Below, piece after piece: positions 41,103 through 49,220 of a DNA stretch of 64,000 nucleotides. The notes under the pieces are model-generated. The model worked only from the letters and a program-made list of their open reading frames with translations. It had not been told where the DNA came from and searched no databases. The DNA is from a virus (lineage: Duplodnaviria > Caudoviricetes), in IMG/VR virus record IMGVR_UViG_3300032030_002018; one strand, 5' to 3'. A program made the translations under genes and the position numbers. Positions within the stretch are counted from its first letter, which is position 1. Each line of letters begins with the position of its first letter.

Positions 41103-41585
41103 CTAAGCATCGAATACCCTGTTAAGACTCCATTTTCTATGTAATGGTCTTTTATCAGCAGCATCTAATGCTCTATTAAATGATTTGTCAGTTTTAGGCT
41201 GCTGCGATGTTTGTTTATCAAAGTCTTCAAACTCATCATTATCAAATCCGTCAGCACCTCTTACAAACCAATCGCTTGGTCGCATCCATTTACCGCTATC
41301 ATCTGAATATTCACGCCCTTTAGGTTCATCAAGTCTATATTGATAATTTGTTTCGGCTCTTGGGTCTCTATGTGGGATAGACCTTAAATACTGTTTGGTA
41401 TCAGAAGCAAGTCCACGACCAAGACCTCTTACATCAGCATATGAACGGTTTTTTGCACGTCCAAATTCATCATAATCTATAATTCCGCTATCATCTATAT
41501 CCCATACTTCATTCAAGGTTCTTTTCACTGATTCATTCACAATTCTATGAAGGTCTGATTCTGTTAATCTAATTCTCTTTTTCAT
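41103..41585 (-). CDS. LTESDLHRIV-leader protein 3 (D/R-rich cargo)
   Basis: MKKRIRLTESDLHRIVNESVKRTLNE; late motif at 41618-41626. Confidence 0.85.
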   Translation of the reverse strand: MKKRIRLTESDLHRIVNESVKRTLNEVWDIDDSGIIDYDEFGRAKNRSYADVRGLGRGLASDTKQYLRSIPHRDPRAETNYQYRLDEPKGREYSDDSGKWMRPSDWFVRGADGFDNDEFEDFDKQTSQQPKTDKSFNRALDAADKRPLHRKWSLNRVFDA

Positions 41586-41634
41586 ATTATATTTATTATA
41601 TTTCCTTATTTTTCTTTATAAATATCACGATATT

Positions 41635-41666
41635 TTTGTTTTTGTCGTATTTTTTATGTATATTTG
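41635..41666 (+). promoter_or_regulatory. Bacteroidota primary-sigma promoter
   Basis: TTTG 41635-41638, 20-nt spacer, TATATTTG 41659-41666. Confidence 0.75.
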
Positions 41667-41695
41667 TAATATATTTATATTAAAAATGTTAGATT

Positions 41696-42475
41696 ATGTA
41701 TTTAGAAAGTCCTTTTAAGAGTTGGTGGGAGGCGAGAGATGTATTCAAGATGCCTCGTTTCTCATTTTATATGGGTTCTTTGTCAAAATGTGAAGGTGTT
41801 TACTACAACGATGAAGAAAACGAAGAATATAACAGAAAGGAAGCAGAAAAACTTCTTAACATATATAAATTAAAGAAAATGTTGAAAATTATGACAATTT
41901 CTTTATTATTGTTGCTGTTTTTCTTGTATGTTATTGGAAATGTGTTTTTAAGTTGTACAATATGTGTTATATGCTCATATCATATAATACAAGGTGTAAT
42001 AGACATATTTAAATTAAAGTTAATGCCTTCGAAATTCTGTAAGAAAACAAGAATGTCATACACATCCAAGGGTTTTGTTTACTTCGTATCGAAACATTTC
42101 CTCAAATGGAGCAAATATCCAATAACAATAACATCTCACGATATTGGTTGGAAAACTAAATTTGATGATGTTAGATATGAAACCCCTGGATTTTTCTCAA
42201 TAATATTCGGAAGAAACCCTGATACGGCATACCAAATATGTATGATGGTTTCAAGCCCTAAATCAGAACTTGAACATCTTAATAAAAGCACATCATTCAG
42301 AGACCTAATATATTGGGAAATGATTCTTTCTTATCTATATGTAGATAAAGACATAGAAAAGGCAAGGAAGATGCGTTCAGGATGTTGGGGAGGAAGCGAC
42401 GGAAATAAAACACCTGAATGGGATGAAAGTTTCGTAAAAGACAAATATAAGACAAAAAACACCAGTATGAAATAA
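41696..42475 (+). CDS. hypothetical membrane protein
   Basis: 259 aa with a central hydrophobic stretch (ISLLLLLFFLYVIGNVFLSCTICVIC). Confidence 0.7.
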   Translation: MYLESPFKSWWEARDVFKMPRFSFYMGSLSKCEGVYYNDEENEEYNRKEAEKLLNIYKLKKMLKIMTISLLLLLFFLYVIGNVFLSCTICVICSYHIIQGVIDIFKLKLMPSKFCKKTRMSYTSKGFVYFVSKHFLKWSKYPITITSHDIGWKTKFDDVRYETPGFFSIIFGRNPDTAYQICMMVSSPKSELEHLNKSTSFRDLIYWEMILSYLYVDKDIEKARKMRSGCWGGSDGNKTPEWDESFVKDKYKTKNTSMK

Positions 42476-42484
42476 CATACTGGT
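42461..42484. terminator. bidirectional terminator
   Basis: ACCAGTATG-aaataa-CATACTGGT flanked by A- and T-runs. Confidence 0.8.
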
Positions 42485-42490
42485 ATTTTT

Positions 42491-42811
42491 TTAGTTCGGA
42501 TTATATATCACATTGACAGTTGTATCACCTGTTATCAACCCATTAACAACAGGTGTTTCTGTTGTATATCCTGTTATTTCAGGACTGCTTACTGCATAAT
42601 GAGTTCTATATGTCATTTGTTCCGTATATTGGCTTGATATAGGTTCGTCATTTTCATCAATATAATTGATAGTTAACGTATACAATATCGGATTATAATG
42701 TAAAGCACTACCTTCCTCAACGTAACTTACATTAGGATAATCTGTATTCCCTGTGATATACTCTTGATAATCAGCATCATTTTCAAAATAAGTTAAATAT
42801 CTCTTTTCCAT
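42491..42811 (-). CDS. small protein with C-terminal MucBP-like domain
   Basis: YTLTINYIDENDEPI...YAVSSPEITGYT...GLITGDTTVNVIY matches the MucBP repeat pattern; late motif at 42832-42840. Confidence 0.7.
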   Translation of the reverse strand: MEKRYLTYFENDADYQEYITGNTDYPNVSYVEEGSALHYNPILYTLTINYIDENDEPISSQYTEQMTYRTHYAVSSPEITGYTTETPVVNGLITGDTTVNVIYNPN

Positions 42812-42838
42812 ATTCAATTCTATTTTTCTTTATAAATA

Positions 42839-43522
42839 TCACGAATAATAGAATTTATAATCAAGATGTTTGTCATAATCCTCAATTAAATATATAATTG
42901 TTGACTTTGTATTCTTGTATTTTGAATTATCGCCAGAATAATTGAATATCTTTATATCATTAAACTCCTCGCAGAACTTCTTAATTATAGCCTCCTTCTT
43001 CTCCCAGGCGCACCGTATGGCGATATCTCGTTCGTCACCTACATATGATACCGTGGCAAGAAAAAGTCTGTCCTGGTTGTTATTTCGCACCCCTTGTGAC
43101 TGTTTGTCATAAAAGAAATTTATGACAAGTTCTGGGTGTTCCAACAAATAATCCTTTTCATAAGTTTTCAACAAATCATTTGGCAGTCTTGTTGATTTCA
43201 AGTCAAATTTGACACCATTTATGGAGAAATCCCAATTCTTATCTTTTGAATCAGGATTCTTGGATACATTTTCATTCAGACAAAACAATTCCTCATCACA
43301 CATTGCAGCCTGATATCTGAAAAATCTAGTATGGTAATATTTTATAATACCTTCTGCGTTAAATCCTTTCTCCTTTAACATACGGTCAATTTCATCAATG
43401 GTGGAGCATTTGTAAAACGCCCCACCCAATATCTTGTCAAATCCATCATTCTGTATTGTTCCCCAACCATAGATGTCTTTTCCTATTCCTGTTAGATAAG
43501 ATTCTCTCTCCTTTAATGTCAT
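42839..43522 (-). CDS. putative PD-(D/E)xK endonuclease
   Basis: E..F...WDFSINGVKFDLKST pattern (D-x8-D-x-K). Confidence 0.5.
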   Translation of the reverse strand: MTLKERESYLTGIGKDIYGWGTIQNDGFDKILGGAFYKCSTIDEIDRMLKEKGFNAEGIIKYYHTRFFRYQAAMCDEELFCLNENVSKNPDSKDKNWDFSINGVKFDLKSTRLPNDLLKTYEKDYLLEHPELVINFFYDKQSQGVRNNNQDRLFLATVSYVGDERDIAIRCAWEKKEAIIKKFCEEFNDIKIFNYSGDNSKYKNTKSTIIYLIEDYDKHLDYKFYYS

Positions 43523-43548
43523 CCACCATCATATTTATCCATATTATA

Positions 43549-44736
43549 TCAGTCCAACGTTTCCTCTTCCTCAAAATCAACTTCCTCAACATCAGACTCA
43601 TAAATGTCACTCCTGTCACTTATCTCACCAATCTTGTTCAATATTTCCTTTACATTATTCTTCTTATATTCATCAAGTTTATCTTCAGATATAATTCCAT
43701 TATGCACGCAACACATTGTACCTGAATATGTTATATTGAATGGCGTTGGCAATTGGTTTTTAGTTACAGACAGTTTTGTGACAATACCATAGTTATATGT
43801 CTCACCCTTTGCTGTTGCCGTAAGTTTCTTTGTAGCCGCTTTGGCAACGCCCCCAAGGTGAATAATAAGTCTTGCACCATAGAAGAATGTCTTGCCACCC
43901 TTAAGTTCCAGTGATACACCTGCCATTGAATTCATATTGTCCTGCCATATCTTGTTAACACAGAACATTGTATTGGTATATTTCTCACTTACCTTTCTCG
44001 ATGTTGGTATTCTATCGTTTATAATACTGTTGAATGACTGTGATATTGCACCAGCATCAAATTGATTATTACCTAATTTACTTGTAAGTGACTTAAATGA
44101 TATGATTGAGCCAATACTATCCCATATAAAGCATATTGGTTGTTTTATTTTACCATCATCTTGATAATCAAGTATTTCATTGATTGAATATGCAATATCC
44201 TCAATTACAGCACGATGACGTCTTTTGGAAACTCTTTTACCGGCTGAGTAATCCATATCGCCGTATTTATTAACCAAAGTCTTTGTGTCGTAATATATGA
44301 AATTACCTTTATAATTGATAATTCCTTCAGTTACCTCACCTGTATCTTCGTCAATAATTTCTCCGTATACAGGTTCTGCTTCCACGCCACAGTCGATTGC
44401 GTATTTCCAATCAAAATTACCCTCAGTCTCATAAATAACTGGCAATATTCCTTTCTTTTGACAGGCAGCGATAAGACAATTTTTTATAGTTGATTTGCCT
44501 GTATTTGACCATCCTGTACATAATGTCAAATAACCCATTGGTATTCCAGGTAATTTAAGAGCATTCTCAAATGCTTCTGGTAACACAATGAAATCAAGAG
44601 GTTTTTCTGCACTTGACACTTCAAGGTCACTTCTCTTTACAGGTTTGTTATTCTCTTCAATATTGATTCCCAATAACTTATTTATATCATCAATACTTGG
44701 AATTTCAAATGTTTTCTTTTTAATAGCTTGCTTCAT
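43549..44736 (-). CDS. uvsX: RecA/UvsX-like recombinase
   Basis: GIPMGYLTLCTGWSNTGKST (Walker A), YETEG, FIWDSIG (Walker B), KGGKTFFY; next to SSB and tdk. Confidence 0.88.
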   Translation of the reverse strand: MKQAIKKKTFEIPSIDDINKLLGINIEENNKPVKRSDLEVSSAEKPLDFIVLPEAFENALKLPGIPMGYLTLCTGWSNTGKSTIKNCLIAACQKKGILPVIYETEGNFDWKYAIDCGVEAEPVYGEIIDEDTGEVTEGIINYKGNFIYYDTKTLVNKYGDMDYSAGKRVSKRRHRAVIEDIAYSINEILDYQDDGKIKQPICFIWDSIGSIISFKSLTSKLGNNQFDAGAISQSFNSIINDRIPTSRKVSEKYTNTMFCVNKIWQDNMNSMAGVSLELKGGKTFFYGARLIIHLGGVAKAATKKLTATAKGETYNYGIVTKLSVTKNQLPTPFNITYSGTMCCVHNGIISEDKLDEYKKNNVKEILNKIGEISDRSDIYESDVEEVDFEEEETLD

Positions 44737-45334
44737 AATTTTCTCTAATTTTTTTCTTATAGCATAATCTGCATAATGGTTGGTAAACATCGTCTCCTCC
44801 AATCATAAACTGATTACCTTCCTTTATTATATTGCCATCCTTATCAAACCTTGCATTAACTGTTGCCTTTCTACCACATTTACAACTTGATTTCACCTCA
44901 AATATATCGTCTGCAATCTCAAATAATCTTTTAGATGCTTCAAATAGTTTAGATTTGAAATCAGTTCTAAGCCCATAACATATAACATCCGTATCCATAA
45001 GGTCAACAACATCTGATAATTGGTCAACCTGTTCTGGTGTCAGGAATTGGCATTCGTCAACCAATACCCATTTGTTTGGCGGTTGTTGATTAGCCATTCT
45101 AACATCGTTATATGTCTTAACAGCCTCGTAAATATTGACATCAGAAGCAACACTTACACATTCCATTTTCAATCCAGCCCTTGATTTGACATATCTCTTT
45201 CCGTCTCTGTTATCAACTCCTGGTTTAAGTAACATAAATGGTATTCCCTTTTCCTTGAAACTATGGGCAGTTGCCAAAAGATTCAAACTCTTGGCACTCC
45301 CCATAGCACCGAAATAAAACCTTAATTTAGCCAT
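44720..45334 (-). CDS. tdk: thymidine kinase
   Basis: FGAMGSAKS, LVDECQFL, YGLRTDF, CKCG...YQPLCRLCY. Confidence 0.96.
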   Translation of the reverse strand: MAKLRFYFGAMGSAKSLNLLATAHSFKEKGIPFMLLKPGVDNRDGKRYVKSRAGLKMECVSVASDVNIYEAVKTYNDVRMANQQPPNKWVLVDECQFLTPEQVDQLSDVVDLMDTDVICYGLRTDFKSKLFEASKRLFEIADDIFEVKSSCKCGRKATVNARFDKDGNIIKEGNQFMIGGDDVYQPLCRLCYKKKIRENYEASY

Positions 45335-46296
45335 TAAAAAGGTAATTCTTCTTCATTATTCTCTTCATCAGAGTTTATTTGTTCAACCCACTTCGTGTAA
45401 TCAGTGGTTGACTGTGTTAAATTGTCTTGTATCTCTCTCTCTTTCCTTTCAGCCTCAATCTTATTGAAACTATCCCTGTCAACGTATTTGCCTGATGTCT
45501 TGTCGAAAACAGGTATTCCGCCTTCAACGATTATTGCCATATATTCATATGGCTTCACAGTGAATACATCAGTCCATTTCTTCTCGTCATTAACCCACGA
45601 CAAAGCTTGTTCATAATCATCAGAAAGAGGTGTGTTCCTTCCTTTATCTGTAACTTGAACTGTCGTCTTGTTATTGGAGTCTTTTGACAAAGTTATAACA
45701 AGGTCTTTTCCTTCATTAAGGTCAAATATATTTTCCTCGTGACCGTCTTCCTTACCTTCGTCATATCTTGTCTTGAATAGGTTCATAATCTTGTCGTACA
45801 CACCGTCCTTCTTCTTTGAATGACTGAATACCCAGAACTTAACTCCGTCTTCCTCGTGTCCTCTCTCTATACATCTGACAATCCAAGATTCCTTTGCTCT
45901 GTTAGCAAATTCAATATCTCCGTATTTTTTCTTTTCAGATTCAGAAGATGCTTCATTGCGTAACTTCCTAGCTTGTTCAGATGTCTCACAGAATGGGCAT
46001 TGGTGTTTATTTTCAATGTCATTCTTCTCTGGACATATGAATGTGCGCCAACCGCTATTGGTCAGTTCTTTATTAACCTTTACAGTGTGTGTGTGGATTT
46101 TATAAAATGGTGAGCCACCTTCAGGGAAAAACGGCAATAACCTTATGGTTATTTTCTTTGTGGTCTCATCAGGTCCAAGCCTTGCTTGAAGATAATTTTT
46201 TGGATTAAATTCTGTTCTCTTCTTTGGTGCTAAAGTCTCTTGTTCATTTTGGCTGATAACAGCATCTACATCAATGTTAACATTTAAATTATTCAT
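45334..46296 (-). CDS. single-stranded DNA-binding protein, T4 gp32-like
   Basis: IRLLPF, H...CP...CPFCE zinc ligands, IFDLNEGKDL, acidic C-terminus EEELPF. Confidence 0.85.
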   Translation of the reverse strand: MNNLNVNIDVDAVISQNEQETLAPKKRTEFNPKNYLQARLGPDETTKKITIRLLPFFPEGGSPFYKIHTHTVKVNKELTNSGWRTFICPEKNDIENKHQCPFCETSEQARKLRNEASSESEKKKYGDIEFANRAKESWIVRCIERGHEEDGVKFWVFSHSKKKDGVYDKIMNLFKTRYDEGKEDGHEENIFDLNEGKDLVITLSKDSNNKTTVQVTDKGRNTPLSDDYEQALSWVNDEKKWTDVFTVKPYEYMAIIVEGGIPVFDKTSGKYVDRDSFNKIEAERKEREIQDNLTQSTTDYTKWVEQINSDEENNEEELPF

Positions 46297-46353
46297 AATA
46301 TATAAAAAGTTTTAAAATGCGCACCTATTATGCGCTTAAATATTATTTCGAAT

Positions 46354-46404
46354 TAAAGATATATAAAAAATGTTAAAAAACCAAATTTTTCCACTATAAA
46401 TATC
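46354..46404 (-). promoter_or_regulatory. tandem promoters for the SSB operon: late motif (46396-46404) and variant host-type TTTG-N20-TATCTTTA (46354-46385)
   Basis: Both motifs are read directly from the sequence. Confidence 0.55.
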
Positions 46405-46407
46405 CGG

Positions 46408-46448
46408 AAAAAAATAAAAAAATGCAACCATTTTTTTTAGGTTGCATT
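46408..46448 (-). terminator. intrinsic terminator
   Basis: AATGCAACC / GGTTGCATT inverted repeat followed on the minus strand by a T-run. Confidence 0.8.
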
Positions 46449-46453
46449 CTTAT

Positions 46454-47860
46454 TTACCATTCATCATCATAGTCTGGTTGTCTTACAATACCGTCATCTA
46501 TTCTTCTTTCTATTTCATTTGTTAGTTGTTCTCTTCCGTAGATGTCGAACCATCTTTCAAGTTCATCACTTATTGGTATCTGTCTTCCATATCCACTATG
46601 CCCACGCATAAGAAAGTCTAATTCTATTTCTCCGTTTGCATAAGTTCCTCGTAATGTGTACCAATTGTTGTCACATCTTGCCTCAAAATCGTAATATCCA
46701 TCTGGGTTTTCTGATATATCTGTGATATGCCAATCACTGAAATCTATCTGACCGCCACCAAGATTCATTTCACTTATAATTCTTCTAACTGAATTATTTA
46801 CAATTCTATGCAAGTCACTTTCTGTAAGTCTTACTTTTCTCATTGTGTTTCTATTTTTGTTTTCCTGTCTTATTAAATTGTGATATTGAGCCATTGTCAT
46901 TTCGTCTCCATCTGACTTGGTGAGTTTTTGACCCCATACCTTATCCCTGTTCCTTCTGAAATCTTTCAATGCTCTCCATTTCTCGTAAGGGCTTTGAAGA
47001 TGTAGTGGTCTATCGTCATTGTTTGTACTATCGCTTTCATTCTCTTCAGAATCATAGTCATTACGTCCAGTAACATCTTTTGTTACTTTTGGTTCTTCTC
47101 CGTGAATAAATCCTCTGACTGTCCAAGAAAGAACACCATCCTCACCGGAGTCGAAAGAAGTGTCACGAAGATATGTGTAGTTCATCAATGTCATAACAGG
47201 AATGCCTGAAGTCTTACTTAAATCAGTAATAATTCGCCTCATTTCGCCTGGTGATAGATTCTCATCATTATACATACATATAATGTAATCCTCAGTCCAT
47301 ATTCTTCCATTATACTGTGTTTTATGATAAAACCAGTCATTGAATTTTCTAGATGAGAACTGAAAATCAGAATCGCTGTTTATTAATGAGTAAAAATCAT
47401 TTGAGTAAAGTCCTGTGTAATTATGGATAATGTCATCATAAGCGTCTTTATTGTTGTCAACAATTTCATTTATCTGACCATACGTAATACCACCATTAGC
47501 TTGTCTGAACTTAATGATTTGTTTGAACGCATCGTAATCATCAAAGTCACCGGAATAATTATCATAATAAAAAGTCGCAACATCTTCATTATAATCTTCT
47601 TTGTTATTGTCATATTCCTCCAATAACCATTCAAGTTCATTCGCACGCTCATATTGAAAATCGTCCAATAAACTGTTAACACATTCTGCGTAAAATCTTG
47701 ATGAAGCCTCTTTATGTGTTGTTTGCTCTTTGCCATAGCACATCTTATACTCTTCCCTGTCGTCAAGAGTAGCCCAATATCCAAATGGATGGGCACCGTA
47801 ATAGTCCCACATTAATTCGATATCATTCCATTCAACCAAATCCGGTGTTGCTGTTAACAT
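46454..47860 (-). CDS. 468-aa acidic protein with an internal LTESDLHRIV leader
   Basis: MRKVRLTESDLHRIVNNSVRRIISE begins at an internal ATG at 46843. Confidence 0.8.
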   Translation of the reverse strand: MLTATPDLVEWNDIELMWDYYGAHPFGYWATLDDREEYKMCYGKEQTTHKEASSRFYAECVNSLLDDFQYERANELEWLLEEYDNNKEDYNEDVATFYYDNYSGDFDDYDAFKQIIKFRQANGGITYGQINEIVDNNKDAYDDIIHNYTGLYSNDFYSLINSDSDFQFSSRKFNDWFYHKTQYNGRIWTEDYIICMYNDENLSPGEMRRIITDLSKTSGIPVMTLMNYTYLRDTSFDSGEDGVLSWTVRGFIHGEEPKVTKDVTGRNDYDSEENESDSTNNDDRPLHLQSPYEKWRALKDFRRNRDKVWGQKLTKSDGDEMTMAQYHNLIRQENKNRNTMRKVRLTESDLHRIVNNSVRRIISEMNLGGGQIDFSDWHITDISENPDGYYDFEARCDNNWYTLRGTYANGEIELDFLMRGHSGYGRQIPISDELERWFDIYGREQLTNEIERRIDDGIVRQPDYDDEW

Positions 47861-47864
47861 AATT

Positions 47865-48749
47865 CTAAATCTTTCCGAATATCTTGTTTATATTTTGAAT
47901 ATCGTCTTCGTCAACATAGAAACTGTCAGCCATTTCTCTCTCGTCAAAATCGTCAACATCACTATTTGTTATTTGATATTCAGCCGTAGTCGGCTCGTTA
48001 TTATCACCATAAGCATAATAATTGCTTGTACGCGCCTTGTTATCCCAATACTCATCAGGCCGGACATTGAATGGATAAGAATCAAGTGAACGAAGATTCA
48101 ATTTCTCCGTCTGAGTTGGATTCCTCTTCTGAAACTCACGATTTAAATCAGCAATATTCCTATTGTTATTATCAATCATAGACTGCATCTGGTCAATAGC
48201 CTGAATAAGTTGTGTGATTCTATGATTTACCTTAACAACATCACGACCTACTGCATTAACCTTATCATTACCCTTCTCTTGAGCATTTGTCAGGTCATCT
48301 ACATCAATAACATCCTCATCTCCACCCATTGGGTCATCCATACCCATTGGGTCTCCCATTCCTGGGTCTCCGCCCATTGGGTCACCACCCATTCCTGGGT
48401 CTCCACCAATTCCTTGGTCACCACCCATAGGGTCACCACCCATTCCTGGGTCTCCACCTTGTGGAGGCATACCACCGCCCATTCCTGGGTCACCACCTTG
48501 TGGAGGCATACCACCGCCCATTCCTGGGTCACCACCTTGTGGAGGCATACCGCCACCCATTCCTGGGTCTCCGCCCTGTGGAGGCATACCATCGCCCATT
48601 CCTGGGTCTCCACCTTGACCTTGTGGGTCGTTCATATCATCGTCTTCGCCTTCTTCTTGCATCATAGTCGAGTATCCGAATGTCTCGTTCATAATCTGCA
48701 TAAATCTCTTTCTGTACTTTTCAGCCTCGTTGTTTCTATTTCTAGCCAT
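47865..48749 (-). CDS. acidic protein with Gly/Pro/Met repeats and coiled coil (possible prohead core/scaffold-type)
   Basis: GGDPGMGGGMPPQ repeats followed by a heptad-like helix; in an operon behind the late motif. Confidence 0.7.
   Translation of the reverse strand: MARNRNNEAEKYRKRFMQIMNETFGYSTMMQEEGEDDDMNDPQGQGGDPGMGDGMPPQGGDPGMGGGMPPQGGDPGMGGGMPPQGGDPGMGGGMPPQGGDPGMGGDPMGGDQGIGGDPGMGGDPMGGDPGMGDPMGMDDPMGGDEDVIDVDDLTNAQEKGNDKVNAVGRDVVKVNHRITQLIQAIDQMQSMIDNNNRNIADLNREFQKRNPTQTEKLNLRSLDSYPFNVRPDEYWDNKARTSNYYAYGDNNEPTTAEYQITNSDVDDFDEREMADSFYVDEDDIQNINKIFGKI
48320..48620 (-). repeat. coding tandem repeat: four 39-bp units plus shorter GGDPM/GGDPGM units
   Basis: cattcctgggtc(t/a)cc(a/g)cc(t/c)tgtggaggcatacc... 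repeated in frame. Confidence 0.9.
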
Positions 48750-48753
48750 TGTA

Positions 48754-48921
48754 TCAATCTATAAGCAATTCTCTATTATCTTCTGTAAGTATTGTTTTGG
48801 AACTTTCCGTCTTCTCTATGAGTCCCTTGTCTCTTTTAAGTGTTTCAAACTTGAAGTCTTCATCACACTCACCTTTGAGGACTTTCCTCGCAAGCGCAAT
48901 TTTAGTCTTTGTGTCCATCAT
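48754..48921 (-). CDS. 55-aa hypothetical protein (below ORF-track cut-off)
   Basis: MMDTKTKIALARKVLKGECDEDFKFETLKRDKGLIEKTESSKTILTEDNRELLID; ATGA overlap with the upstream gene and ends 4 nt before the next start. Confidence 0.75.
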   Translation of the reverse strand: MMDTKTKIALARKVLKGECDEDFKFETLKRDKGLIEKTESSKTILTEDNRELLID

Positions 48922-49220
48922 ATCTGTTCAATATTTATGTCGTTATCAATATCAGCAGACTCAACGTTATCAACCGTTGTGTCTTGCTTTTTGTTTCTTT
49001 TCTTGTTTCTCTTTTTCTCTTGTTGCTCTTCGGAAACCTCAACAATATTTTCCTGTATATTGTCTTCAATTACCACAGACTCAATATTTACAGGTTCTTC
49101 CTGTATGTTTTGAACATCAGGTACAATTATGTCTTCAAATTGAATTGGTACAGCATTAAAATGTACCGTATTTGTCTTCTGTGGTCTGTTTCCAAGCAAT
49201 CTTTTTGTTATAAAACGCAT
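48918..49220 (-). CDS. 100-aa low-complexity hypothetical protein
   Basis: First gene after the late motif at 49242-49250. Confidence 0.6.
   Translation of the reverse strand: MRFITKRLLGNRPQKTNTVHFNAVPIQFEDIIVPDVQNIQEEPVNIESVVIEDNIQENIVEVSEEQQEKKRNKKRNKKQDTTVDNVESADIDNDINIEQI

Larger units (their letters stand above)
40104..41655. repeat. tandem duplicated cassette (~780 bp x2) with conserved flanks and unrelated cargo
   Basis: 35-nt identity 40107-40141 = 40892-40926; 40196-40233 ~ 40979-41015; leader plus promoter 40751-40896 ~ 41508-41655. Confidence 0.85.

Noticed and set aside
41029-41105. Stop-free frame (…YNFDISVSIDDTTVLTKTYQ*) ending at the cassette terminator, a possible relic of an earlier cargo
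   Set aside because: Only ~25-30 codons, which is compatible with chance; needs a homologue to support it
33204-44736. Inteins or introns in nrdD, helicase or uvsX
   Set aside because: ORFs are continuous and of ordinary length, with no splice motifs noticed
48320-48620. 39-bp repeats as a CRISPR array
   Set aside because: Units are contiguous with no unique spacers, are in frame and vary mainly at third codon positions
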